Origin: Psilocybe cubensis
Taxonomy: Eukaryota
Assembly (NCBI GenBank): GCA_017499595.2
Contig: CM039008.1
Span: 806,001-870,000 of the forward strand
DNA length: 64,000 bases
Direction: 5' to 3'
Positions within the stretch are counted from its first letter, which is position 1, and every line of letters starts with the position of its first letter. Both the position numbers and the translations under genes were made by a program. Shown one piece after another: positions 1 through 12,745 of the stretch. Below the pieces are notes generated by a model. That model did no database searches. It saw only the letters and a list, made by a program, of their open reading frames with translations, and was not told the DNA's origin.

Positions 1-435
1 CACCGGAGCCACCATAGCGTCTGATTCCCCAGTTGTTCCAGCTTCCCTGCTTCAGAACTTGGGACTCGGATCCCTGCGGCGTAGCCAACAACGGCGATCA
101 TTTGTGGGATTTTTCCGATTTGGAATACCTATGAGAGCAGTAAGACGGATTTTTGTCAAACTAGAAGAGCTTCATTTTCTCTAAGCTGACTCGGGGACCG
201 AGGCACGGAAGGCGCACTCACCTAAAATGGTCAGTGAACGGCAGATCTATACTACTTACAAACATCTGACAAAAGAAGGGGCACATATCAATCATTCTCA
301 TCAATGATTCTGAGCAGGAATCACAAAGTAGATAAAAATTACACAAAAGAAGGCTTTTTATATAAAATTTCTGGGGTTTATGCTAAAACATGAAGTTATG
401 AACTGTCAGTAACAAAGCATAATGCCGAGCGCTGA

Positions 436-1248
436 CACTGCGGGCATTGGCTTTAATAACTACTGAGTATATTTTGAATAAATGATATTCTGAGTAATTT
501 TATTTTTCAACATGTACTCAAGATATAACCCCTAGTAATTGTAGAAAAATTTTTCAGCCTTTGTTCAACATGTACAGAGGGATAAATATTGAATTTACAC
601 AACTGAACAAAGGTTGAATATTGTTTGAACTGACATCTACTATACTTGGTATACTATTTTTTACCAAAAACATGTTTGACCGAAACGTACACATGTTCTT
701 TTGTAATATAAAGAGCCCTTTCAAATCTGCCCTTTCTACCATACTAGTGCTAATTAGTGATCATGAGCGAGACAAGGTGGGTTAAGCTCATTTGTGGAGC
801 ATATTATATACTGTGACCTGGCCGGTACGTATGCATGTACATGTGTGGGTGTGTGTGGTTGAAGTTGGTGTTATAAGGTGGTGGCGGGGGGCGTGACGGG
901 TTGTTGAGCCCATGGCCAGTCATGTTGAGGTGTATGACGGGTAGTGATAGGCGGTTCATTGTGGCGGATTGGTTTACTAGATTTAGATTACTATAATACG
1001 CAGTTGATGGCTAGAAATATCCAAAAATATAAATAATCAATGTTGTTGGTCTCTCAACATGTATTCAAGCTTTAATCAGGACCAAAATTTCTTGTTTAGG
1101 ATGCTGAATACATTTTGAAAAAAAATTAAGTAAATGTTGAATATTTTCAAACTTTAACGAGCCGCGATACATTTTGAATAATTATTGAAAATAATGAACT
1201 ACATTTCAACATTTAATCATGTGGTTATTGAAGCCAATGCCCGCAGTG
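436..1248. mobile_element. Non-autonomous CACTA/EnSpm-type DNA transposon (MITE-like), 813 bp
   Basis: Terminal inverted repeats of 28 bp with 2 mismatches: CACTGCGGGCATTGGCTTTAATAACTAC (436-463) and the reverse complement of 1221-1248. Termini read CACTG...CAGTG. A 3-bp target-site duplication TGA lies at 433-435 and 1249-1251. The interior is AT-rich with recurring TCAACAT/TGTTGAA sub-terminal motifs and has no transposase ORF. Confidence 0.9.
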
Positions 1249-1716
1249 TGAAATCCTTCGAAGTTTTGGGTTAAAATGATGACGGTCCTTTGAACAGTGA
1301 CCGACCCACATAGTCTCCTTCAGGAATTTATGCAGAGTTTGTCCCTCTACAGATTACCGTGACGGCGTCGGCTTCGGGACCCTATTTCGTAAAGCCATAG
1401 TGTCAATGTTTGAAAAATTCCAGGAACATTGCGTTGGAGCGGCGCCTATTTTTGGGTCGTTCGGAGTTGAATGGTTTTAACAGTGTCGTGCGTGAGTTTA
1501 ATAGATATACATCCTGGTCCTGAGTAAGTCATACCAATCAGTTATAGCATCAGTTGCGGTGATATAAGTTTTCAAATACAACGATCATTGATGTTACTGT
1601 CCCTCTTTATCCTGCTTTAGTGCATTTAGAACGTGAAACTTAATTTGACGCCCTCTCCTAATTTGAATCTGAATCGTGGACTTACAGCCGGAACAGAAGC
1701 ATAGGTGTTCAGCAAT

Positions 1717-2931
1717 ATGTCGAATACAACCACATCTGAACTTCCAAATCCCTATACACCCATGGCTTTCCTGTCACCCGATGTTGTTTTTCAAGCAACT
1801 ATTGCAGCCTATATCACAGCAGGTTGTTTATCTGTGAGTTATGTGATCAATTTGATGCTTCAGTTCAATATTAATCTTGATTCTAGGTACTTATTTGGGA
1901 CATTTTGGACAATTTAAAAGCCGACATTACGATGATTTGGAATTTTTCATTTACTCACTTGACACTCGTGTACATTTCATCACGGTGAGGATTCCTGATT
2001 CAATGTTTCTCAATAAAGTTAAGATTTTTGAAGGCTATCTTCCCTGGGCTTCGTAATTGCAGCTTTTATCTTCCAAAGTAAACGCTCCATAATATGATAT
2101 GTATTGCAGAGTATATTAACGATAGTTTTAGTTGCGCCTGTAAAAGACTGTGCTCGCCTAGATGAGGGAATAACTTGGGCGTACACTGTCGCCATTTGTA
2201 CCACCTCGCTCCTCTTCTTTTTCCGGATCAGGGCTATCTTTAATAGGTGCACATATGTGACAGTTTTCTTTGGACTTTTGTGGATTGGTATTCTTGTGGG
2301 GTGCATAATTGCCACACAAGGAGTGAAAGGAGGGAGGATATTGACCACCAGTCACTGCTTCATCGTGGCTCTGAACGTTTCCCAGATAACAGCATTGGCC
2401 ATCGTCCCTGTTGTCAATGACACACTTGTTTTTCTAGCCATTTCTTGGCGCTTAATGAAAAACACAGCCACCCAAGTCTGCGATTTGAAAAGCGGTCTTC
2501 GCACAATGTTCCTGGGCGCTTACATGCCGAGATTTTCCAAGGCAATTTTACAAGACGGACAGATGTATTATCTGTGCGTCCCATAACACGCGCACCTTGG
2601 TTATCAACTTTTTGACGCTCTTTTTTTATTTTACAGCGCTACAGTATCTACGAGCCTATTGATTCTCGTCTTACTCCACATTCCAGGGGTCCCGGCAGTG
2701 TACAAGTCAGTGTTGTCGGTGCCTAACATTGTGCTCATGAACATTATGGCATGTCGGGTTTTTAGAAAGACGAAATTAGGCCATATTTGCGAATCGGGAT
2801 CTACTATGCCTACAATTGCATTCCAGATCCCTCTTTCATTATCTTTGGCTGAAGCTGGAACAAGGTCGAGCAGCATTGCCAGAGTTGATATTATTAAATC
2901 GGTAGAATATACCCATGACGGTGACGGGTAG
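1717..2931 (+). CDS. Multi-pass (about 7TM) membrane protein of an Agaricomycete-expanded uncharacterised family (DUF6533-like N-terminus), 5 exons
   Basis: Spliced reading MSNTTTSELPNPYTPMAFL.../VLIWDILDNL...YISSR/LSSLGFVI.../...NDTLVFLAISWRL...LQDGQMYYL/...PNIVLMNIMACRVFRKTK. It has several hydrophobic helices and canonical GT-AG introns, and a clear paralogue at 43756-45091. Confidence 0.8.
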
Positions 2932-4435
2932 GAGATTCACCTTGGTTGGTAGAAAGAGATAATGAAATAAAAAGGTACCCCGAATAGAAGAAGCATGCAT
3001 TTAGAAATTAGAGACACCCCTAGTGAATGGACTTTGACAGATTTTGAGCTGGGAGTATGATTTTCTCTAGGGCTAATCTCATGAATCCCGTAGGATATGT
3101 ATCTGTTCCCTTAAATTTTCTCTAACGGCAAGTCCCCTCCTAGTTGGGAAATGTCATCAACAACCGGTCAAACCTTAGGCCTTATCGATTTAAGTAATTT
3201 AAGGCAGGGGCCGTATAAACCAAGCTTGACAGTAGTGTTTTGAGTACAGATATTTTCTCAAAGTTGAAGTAACATACATTACCCTATATTTTATTCCAAA
3301 TCCTGTGGTCTAATAATGTATCTGCATATCCGCTGTCCCGAGTCGACCCAGGTACAAAATATTCATTCCGCCATCCGACTAAATGGCTCGCTTGACTACT
3401 AACCACCAAAGGTTATATGTAATCTCCTGACTTACGTTACGATCCATACGTTTATGTCACGGTACGGTGATCATCCAGCCAGCCATTACCCGTGGATTTC
3501 CTCGTAGAAAAGTTGAAGTAACGCAACTATGCAACGAAGCTCCGAGTAGGCAACTTTAGTAGAATGAAAGGAGTTATCGAAGAGCATCAAATTTGGCCGC
3601 CGAACATCGAGTTTTACTTGCACGTACATAGTACCTTTGACGAATGTCCCTCCTTGGTCGTTCCACATTTATTTTAGAGGCCTTGAAAATTTACTTTCAC
3701 AGGATTACGAATCGGACATTTACGCGGTCCAGACAAGTGTCAAGCGGGCATTTCTCGACTCACAGATCAGAAGCGTGGAGAAAAGGGTGTTGTCAGCAAC
3801 GTGACGACCGCTATGTGCCGTGGCGATGCTTCTATTCTATAGTGGCAGCTGTTGCTCACTCCCACCAACCACTTTTGGCTTAACGACTTCTTTTATATAC
3901 CCCAGAATAATTGTTCACAACCCTCACGAAATACTTTACGCAGTCTTAGTTTCTTCAAAAGGGCCCACCCCTACCGCTCCTTCATCTTCCAATTTTCTCG
4001 TCCCTTCAGAAGGTCCAAAGGTACCATGCTTCCAGTTCGACTGCCATGACGAAAAGCATATTGACCAGCCATGCGTTATGTAGGAGTGGCGAGCTCTCTA
4101 AGCTGTGGATTCAGACTGCCAGGCCAACCCCCAGTTTTGTCTCGTTTTAGTTTCAGCCACTGCCCTGTTCCAGTCAATCCGTAGGATATAAATTACGCTC
4201 ACGACCTCGTTGTAAACTCGCCTCACAAGTTAAACAGATCTTCTAAAGCTTCTTAGAGCTCGCCTTTCTAGCACCTGTCCTCTTAACGCCAATACGATTC
4301 AGACCAACCTCTATCTCTAACTGTAGAAGTCCTTACCTCCCGGTAAACCACACCCCTTATACCCAACTACAACCGACACACCTTTACCTCGCTCTTCACC
4401 CATTTTTGTTCCTTCCATTCCATAACACACCTACA

Positions 4436-5950
4436 ATGCAGTCCTTAGACCTCGTAGACTTTCCAGAGGAGTTGATAGAAGGTATCCTATCGCACTGCGT
4501 TATTGCTGCCATTACTCAGCCATCCCGCCCTTCATGGCATCAATCTGGACCTTCTTCAACACCGTCGCAGGCCATACGTGGCCGACTAGCACCATTACTC
4601 GTCTGTAGAAAATTCCTCAGGATCGCAACTCCTCTATACTACCACACTGTACACGTTCTTTCATCGGCTCAACTGCACCGCCTTCTATTGGATGCACTGC
4701 TACCAAGCCCCGCTCTGGCCCTCCACATTCGCCGCATCGTCTTTGCCGGGATATGGGCCGAGGGTGGTGAAATTCTTCGGATGTGTGAAGGGTCCATCAA
4801 ATTCCTCGATATTACTCTGGATTCCACACAGCTTTCGGGCGCAAGTGGGCCAATTCGTGACCTTGACGCCGAAGAATTTTGCGAGGGCCTGAAGGAGCTC
4901 ACAGCTTTGACCCACATCGTCATTCGTAAACCTAATGATGTGTACATCACGAGGCCTAAGCCCCGTTATGTATTATCAGAAATCGCGAAAGCGATGAACA
5001 GTTGGGAACACCTGGTACGGTAGTTGTTCGTTTTGCATCGTCCCTCTAACGAATATTTCCCCTGTATAGGAATACGCTAACATCGCTTTTCGTGCGTCCG
5101 ACGACTCGGGCACATTGCTCCATGGCTCTGTTGAAGCTCAGTCCTCCCGTGGGGCACACATCCAACATGGGCCTATCACTGCTCTTACGCAATCTCTGAG
5201 CACCCGCCCTAATTTGCAAACCTTCTGTACGCTTCTCCCGAGTGTGTGGAACGAGGTTATCCTTCGAGTGAGCGCAAACCCTTCACTCGAACGTATCATC
5301 CTAGGTGATGGCCACTCCCAGAACATCCGGTCAAGCCCCTTCACGAACTCCCGGTCGTCGACACCTACCTGGTCCTCTAAAGACCATTACGCGGGGCCTG
5401 TTAGTGTTGGTTTGCCTCCATCTTGGCCTCATTTTGAAATGGCTACTTCTGGAGTTATGGGGACGGGACTTTTCATGTTGCAGGCCAAAAAGCACCCGAG
5501 GTTGACAGAGTTGATCAGGGCTGGAACGTGCGTATTTTTTTTTGGTTTTATCAAATCTTTCGTTGTGAGCAGTGGCTAACAATTTTTTCCTTTTCGATAA
5601 ACAGTTCCATCACTCGGCCACGAGCGCAGACACTGGATCACAGCAGCCCTCCTCTGCCCATTATTAAGCCCCATGTCCAGGGGCCATCGACGCCCACGCA
5701 GGCTCCTGTTTCCATCCGTCGGGCGTCATATTCTTCCCCAACGAATGCGGTTATCTCAAATCGTGTTCCACGTGCACCAATTAGCAATATACCCTCCCGC
5801 GCTGAAGGTTCCGGTTCAAATTTCCGCCATCATCCACAGGGACATGGCTTATACCCACAACCCCATGAGACCACAGCTGTACTATCGCATCCCTGTCAGG
5901 CATCAGTTGGCTCAAGCCGCAGCCAAACCTCTGTGGCTTGTTCAAATTAA
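4436..5950 (+). CDS. Uncharacterised protein with F-box-like N-terminus and disordered Ser/Pro-rich C-terminus, about 3 exons
   Basis: MQSLDLVDFPEELIEGILSHC has an F-box-like (L/F)PxE(L/I) start, followed by LLVCRKFLRIATPLYY. Three ORF blocks (4406-5023, 5115-5579, 5528-5950) can be joined by GT-AG introns (first intron 5015-5069). Confidence 0.7.
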
Positions 5951-6476
5951 GGTGCCTATCAGACCCTCAATCGAGTAGGTTAGGGCTGAAAGTTCGGTGG
6001 CCTCCATATACATATACCCCCTGTACAAAATCCATCATTTCAATGAGCCCTGTGCACCATAACCCTATACAACTATTCTGAGCGTTATTTTTTCGGTCTT
6101 AGCTATAATCTTAGCACTTCTTAGCCTCAAGGATATATTTTTGATATGCATCAATTTTTGGGACTTCTGGACTTTTACATATCATCACTCGTTATCGCTA
6201 TTCTGTTCAAATGCATGCTTTACGTTAGTTCGTATAATAGTAATCTTTCAATGTACCCTTACTTCCCTATTTACTTAACATAAAGGAACAAAATCCTGGA
6301 CACTACTTTCCAAAATTAACCCATCCTTTCAGCTCTTGCAATTAATTTAGCTGCTCGAACATTAAGCACGTCATCTTTGTGTATACGAAAAAACGGAAGA
6401 TGAAATTATCTCCGCTCAAACCTTCGGTAGCTTCCTTCCAATTCGCTTCACTTCTTTCTAATTCTCCTGCCTAGTA

Positions 6477-9400
6477 CTGTACCCGACCCTGAATATGGCC
6501 ATTTCGGAATGTTCTTCAAATTGCGAGCGCCTTGCCAAACCGTTTGCTACAATTCTTTTTGAAAAACGTCGGCGTACATCTTAACTTTAACATATAAAAT
6601 TTTCAGATTTTTTGAGTGTTTTGAGGAAGGGCAATGAATATTTTTCTACCGAAACCCCAAAATGTGGCTTTACACGGCAACCAGCCAGGCGTGGGAATCT
6701 TGGCATTATTGACCGCAGTCGATGCTCGCGATAAGGATTCTCACCTTTTCTACGCAGTCATCATCAACGTTCTTGCTCCCTCGTCCATTTAACACCAATC
6801 GGCTAAAGGTAACACTTTGTTTGTACATTTTTCATATGAAATAGCCACTATTTATGAGTTTTACGTCTAGGATACCGTCTTGCACCAACATCTTCAAGGT
6901 TGATAAGTGGTGGGTCAGCTGCCTCAACCGTTGGGGGCTCAGCTTGAGCATCGTTGTTGTTGCGAAGGGATGTTGGATTTGGTTGATGATGGGCTGGTGG
7001 AGGCTGAGGTTCTTCAGGTGCGATATATACAATCATCCTTATCCTTTTCCACTCTTCATCAAAAGCCACTGTTGCCAGTCCCTGATCCAAATCAGCATCA
7101 TCATCAATGTGAGTCTCAGTAACAGCTCGTCTGGTCACCCTTTTCCTGCCCCCTCCCCTTCCACGTATATGAACTTGTGCTCGGACTTTTGCTGCAGCTA
7201 TTTCTTCAGCCCGCTTTACCTTTTCTGCAGCCTTTTCTGCAGCCTTTGCCTCTCGCTCCTTTTTCTTTTTCTCTTTCTCTACTTCCTTTTCAGTATCTCG
7301 CCTCTGCTTCTCTGCCTCTCGCTCTGCTCGCTTTGAAGCCTGTTCTGCCATTCTAACCTCTAGTGCAGCCTCCTTCTCCGCATCATCAATTGCCTTCCGC
7401 CTTGCCTTTAGTATTTTACCTGCTTCTTTTAACATTGCTTTCCAGCCCTGTCGCCACTCAGCCTCTGCAAGTTCATTGAGGTTCTCGGTACTAGTCATAT
7501 GGCGGGGATTTGATGATGAGTAAGTCTTCTTTCTAGTAGAATCCCGGTGATATAAGAGTTGTCGGAGGCGCTCATTCTCCTTTACCATAATTGTTTTTGT
7601 TGCATGGTCCCGTTCGATTTGGATTTGCATATCATCGAGTAGTTTTCGCAGTTGTGATATTTGTAATCGTAGTTCAGGGCGTCCGGCCGTATGAGAGAGT
7701 GAAGGAGGTAATCCAATTAAGCGATATCGACTTGAAACAGATGATGCTGAAGACATAGTCGAGAGTATAGTAGGTGCCGCCTCAGACTGTGTGCCTATAC
7801 TGTGCTCACTTGGTGTAGACTGTGTTGTATCTGATGTAGTGTCTGATTAATTGTATGTAAAAAAATGATACATTGACTTACCTGGCACAATCTCGAGAAG
7901 TGGAGTAAGATCAGATGTAACGGGTAGAGCAGCCTGAGTTGTTGTGTTTTTGGATGGCTCGTATGCTTCTAATGGAATAATTCCCGGATTGATAGGCCAG
8001 ATGCCGGTTTTTGCAAATGCAGAAATAATTGTAGACCTTTTGAATGCCTTTTCTCGTGCAGTGTGGTAATGTCGGAGAAAGTTAAACTTGGTAACAGGAA
8101 TGCCGTCGCGTGTTAACCGGTTTACCAGTGATTTCCAGCTATTGGATAACGGGCTGAAAGCACCAACATCACAAGGCTGCAACACATGGGTAGTATGGGA
8201 AGGGAGGCAAACAATGACAATCTTGTTCCGTTCTGCAAAGCGGCAAAGCTTGAAAGTGCAGTGTGAGTTGTGACCATCAAGTATAAGCAACCGGTACCCT
8301 CCAGATGTGTTGCGCTCTTCTGATTTTGGATGAAAATCCCGCTCTAGCCACATGCTTCCAAGCTCTTTATCAGTCCACCCATTTTCCGAAATAGATAAAC
8401 TGTATTAAATGTATAAAATATCTGAGTTTGCATTATATACAATATAACAGAAAGTCTACCTAGCGTTAGATGGATTATCCTTTCCCCATTCCAATATACG
8501 CCGCTTTGCTTGATAGATAACTGATGGCGAAAGTGATGTGCCATCAGCACAAATGGTTTCAATAATAGTCACCATTTCACGGTTCCCATTTTCAACTTGT
8601 TGTACATTTTTCTGTGTTTTGTCAACAATTGCAGAAACAGCTTTTCCAACGCCAAGTTGTATTCCTTTTTCATCTGAGTTATAGATGTTGCTTGGTATGA
8701 TATCATATTCCTAAATCAAGGAGATCTTTGAATTATGTCATATCTAGGGATGATATTTTTACATGCCTCGATTAGATCTTTGATCATCACAAAAAACTCT
8801 CCAACAACTGTCGGATTCAAAGAGCGGGCCCGACATTCCTCAAGTGCAGAGGTTTTTTTGATTTTAAGATCAGTATGTCGTTCCAAAAACTTCCGGGGCC
8901 AGTTGATACCAATTTTCTGTTGTGATATTTCCTAAAAAATAGTACAGTATAAGTAACAGATTACCAATCACAGCACATACAATATAACAAAATAGCACTT
9001 ACTGAAGCATATTCCCGAAGCATGTCCTGAGTTACAGGAAACCCCCGTCGTCCTAATGTCTTTGCCCAATCAACTAGAATACTTTCTTCGGCATCTGAAA
9101 GTGCACGTTCGCCTGCATGTGCATCACGTTTGGTTTTGACTCCATTTAGCCGATTAGTCAACATTCCACGCTTGACACTGTAAATGCGACAGGCCTCCCG
9201 GATTGACAGTGTGTGCTGACCATTAGACTTTAAAGGTGAGGACATAATGGCCTGAATAGCTTCTTGAATCCGATTTTCTACAGTATTATTGATAAGATCT
9301 GGGATGTCATCATTGGTAGAATCATGTGGAGAAACAGGAGAGGTTGTAGACATTCTGTGAGTAGTTGAGGAAGAAAAGCGAGTACAGCTGATTTCTAGTA

Positions 9401-10222
9401 GCTACTGACAGTGTATCCTACTTAGTTATTATATACTAGGGGTGGAATTAAAGGAGGACATACTTCGGACTTTTTATGGCATTTTGTATGATTCTTCCAC
9501 TTTTCCGAGTGCTATAACTTGGTGAGATGGTGGTTCTATCATTCAAAAATTGGTATTCAATGTCATAGGACATTGCAAAACACAAACGCGCCTTCAATTT
9601 CTGCCGATCTTTAGCCGTTCTGAAGAACTTCTTTCAATGTTGAAGGTGTTCAAAATTAGCTACTTTTTACTGATTGTCATATTTCAAGCCTAAAAAAATC
9701 GCAAAAAATAAGAGAAGCGAGATTGTGGTACCTTGAAGTGTTATCACTGTAGATCAAGTCATTGTTTGCCGCAATTTTTCCTCATCTTCTCCGAATACTG
9801 CATACAATATGCATATGTTTAAATAGGCAAATCAGTCAAGTCATGCACTTAATTTCCAATTCTCGGAATATTCTCTGGAGATATCTACTTGGAATCGAAT
9901 GTATATTGTAGCCAGGGCTATATATGACCGACGTATACTGTTTTTGTGTCTGCTCAGCGCAGTTGTTGTGTTTGACCAAGTCGATAATTATGGATTAGAC
10001 GTGAGAATGATTAGCAAATCAATGGTGATGGTGAAATCTCACGGTGTATTGGCAAGATTGTGGCAGCAATACTTACTGCCTTGCTCTAAAAGTTTCTGAT
10101 GTGGTGTAGAAGTACCACAAGAGCAGTAATACACAAAAAGATTGAAAGAAATTGCTATACAACTCGTCAAAATTGCTCAGTGGCCATTTTCCGGGGTTGG
10201 CCGGTTTCAGGGTCGGGTACAG
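6477..10222 (-). mobile_element. Fot1/pogo-like (Tc1/mariner superfamily) DNA transposon, full length, 3746 bp
   Basis: Perfect 17-bp terminal inverted repeats CTGTACCCGACCCTGAA (6477-6493 and reverse complement at 10206-10222), TA dinucleotides on both flanks (6475-6476, 10223-10224), and an internal transposase gene. Confidence 0.93.
6848..9353 (-). CDS. pogo/Fot1-type DD35D transposase (HTH-psq + CENP-B HTH + DDE_1 + long charged C-terminal helix), about 755-760 aa, 5 exons
   Basis: Exons 9353-9003, 8931-8767, 8710-8460, 8399-7882 and about 7842 (or 7830)-6848 join in one frame. Motifs: SIREACRIYSV (HTH), LSDAEESILVDW, NIYNSDEKG, SENGWTD, LLILDGHNSH and HVLQPCDVGAF, with 35 residues between the second and third Asp. 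Confidence 0.9.
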
Positions 10223-10600
10223 TACGTCCAGCAGTGTTGCCACCAATTTCCACACGGCACTCTGTCCCGTTCATTCGCTCGGGTAATACTTTTAGGACCT
10301 TAATCTCGTCAGGAGTCGCCAGTTCCGCCGGTGTCGGTTGCCACTGTTGACATGTGCCATATCCGGTGCCGAAATTGGCACACCACAATCTGGAGAGTCC
10401 ACACCTATCCACAGTGCTGCGATTGTCCAATGTGATACCATCGAATTCTAATACCCTGTTGACTATCGGCTAATGTATACTTACTGACAGGTCAATGAAC
10501 GCCACTGTTGAAGACTTCCAGGACCCTGGGATTTAAGTTTGTGATATTTTTCTAATATATAGGGAAGATATGGATCGGAAAGACGACGCTTCTGCCCGCA

Positions 10601-12745
10601 ATGTCGTACGCGTTGGACATGGTTTCTCACACATCTGTGATGCCCGCCGCTGCATCCCTTGCGGTACTTCTCTGCATTCTCTATTATGCTGTATCCATGG
10701 TGCAAGGGAAGCGTCTTCCTCCTGGCCCCCGACGCTTACCATTGATTGGTAACGCTCATCAGATGCCTAAGGGCCATCCCTGGCTGAAGTTTACCGAGTG
10801 GAAGAAGACCTACGGTGCGTCTTCTTGACATAGAGCTACCGCAGAGGTTTGATAATATTTTTTTACTTTCAGGAAATATCATACATGTCGATATTCTGGG
10901 CAAGCCGCACATAATTCTCAACTCAGCCAGGGTCGCGAAAGAGCTGTTGGACAAGCGCTCGTCTATTTACTCTGATCGACCGCACTTCGTAAGTAGTAAC
11001 CGACTTGTGCCGTCTGTAATGAAAGCTGATTTTCGGTGAATTCTGCTATTATATAGGTTTTTGCAGGTGATCTGTGAGTAAAGATATTCTTCTCTCGACG
11101 TGGACAAAGCCCAATTGTATTTGATTGTAGTGTACACTACGATGAACCCTTCGCCCTTCAGCCATACGGTGACAATTGGAGAAGACAACGTCGACTCGTA
11201 GCTCAGGATTTCAGTCTTGGGATGACCCCACGATATTACTCTTTGCAAGAGAAGGAGGCTGCCTCCTTGGTGCGCACATTAATGCAGAGGCCGGAAAGAT
11301 TGTTCCCGGAAGTTAAGCTGTAAGTATCCTCTTGTGATTTTTCGGTACACTATTTATCGTAGATGACAGGCGAATAGCAATCATTATTATGAGAGTGACA
11401 TATGGATATTATATTCAATCCGAAGACGACCCTTACTTGACTGTGGTTTTGGCTGCAATGACGAATTTCAGCAAGGCAACAGCGCCTGGTGCCTTCTTGG
11501 TTGACTTCGTCCCTGCGTGTGCGTCCTTACGTTGATTTTCTTACTATTGACTGACGTTCGAACCATGTCTGTTTCTACCAGTAAAGCATATGCCACGTTG
11601 GATGCCCGGCTCAGGTTTTTTGAAAATAGCTGAGGAGTGGAACAAAATCTTCTTTGATTCAACTATGAATATCTTCGATTGGTGTAAGAGCAATCTCGTA
11701 CGTTGTTTTTATTAATTTGCTTGCATTGCTGTATCTTGACGCCTACCTCGTTTTACAGGATACAGGAAAATCTCTTATGCCTAATCTCTGCGGAAGGTAT
11801 CTACAAGATGCGAACGGGAAAATGTCTAAAGAGGATGAGAAGACGTTGCTTTGGGGGGCTTCTTGTGTTTTCGGAGGTGGTTTGGATACTGTGAGTTTAT
11901 CCGACACTCCCTTAACATTTTGAAGCGTCCTTAACATTACATGGCATGGATAGAATATGTCCTCAGCTTTGACGTTTTACATGGCAATGCTCCTTTATCC
12001 CGAAGTACAGGCAAAAGCGCAGGCAGAAATAGACTCTGTCATCGGAAAGGATAGATTGCCAACTATCGCGGATAAGCCAGACCTACCCTATATCAGAAGC
12101 ATCTTGGCAGAAACATACCGTTGGAGCCCTGCTGCCCCACTTGGTCGGTTTTTCCACGTTAACCACTTTTTAGACTAAGCTGACTAGAGTCATCAAGGAA
12201 TTCCTCATGCCGTGACCCAGGACGATGTCTACGACGGATACGATATTCCTAAAGGAGCCACTATTCTTCCCAATGTTTGGTACGTCCTATCATTCTGAAC
12301 CGAAATGTTAGCTTCTATCGTTTGTTAATCACGTCAGCAGGGGTATGCTTCATGACCCAGAAGTCTATCCTCGGCCAATGGAATTTGATCCAGAACGATA
12401 CAATGGACTGGATTCAGAGATGGTGAAGGTGACAAGCCTTGTATTTGGATTTGGTAGGCGCGTTTGCCCCGGTATTTATTTCGCGGAAGGGACTCTCTTC
12501 GCAATCATTGCAACTACTCTGGCTACCTGTGATATCCTGCCCGGTCTTGATGAGCATGGAAACGAAGTGCTCCCAACTTACTCCTATACCCCAGGAACAC
12601 TCACGTACGTGTTATTTCGCTGTGATGTTCTGAATACTGGCTTAACACAACGTGCAGTACTCCCGAGCCATTTACCCTCAGGCTGAAACCCCGCTCTTCT
12701 AGTTCCTTAGCGCTCCTGGCCGACATCCCACCAACAATAGAATGA
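10601..12745 (+). CDS. Cytochrome P450 monooxygenase (basidiomycete group I / CYP64-clan-like), multi-exon
   Basis: N-terminal anchor followed by LPPGPRRLPLIGN, I-helix GGGLDTN, K-helix ETYR, FDPERY, and heme-binding FGFGRRVCPG. The last exon ends ...DIPPTIE-TGA at 12745. Confidence 0.95.

Noticed and set aside
3820..4083. Short ORF ending ...QPCVM as a possible pheromone precursor
   Set aside because: The Cys is third from the end, so this is not a CaaX box, and there is no ER/DR processing motif or STE3 receptor nearby.
6854..7336. Hydrophobic Leu/Phe/Cys-rich 160-aa ORF that looks like a membrane protein
   Set aside because: It is the antisense of the Glu/Lys-rich transposase C-terminus.
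10167..10430. 87-aa minus-strand ORF
   Set aside because: It runs across the transposon TIR junction, has a non-ATG start and has no recognisable motif.
10601..12745. P450 as part of a secondary-metabolite cluster (for example a psilocybin- or amatoxin-type locus)
   Set aside because: No backbone enzyme (PKS, NRPS, terpene synthase, tryptophan decarboxylase, prolyl oligopeptidase) and no MSDIN-like precursor was seen in the window.
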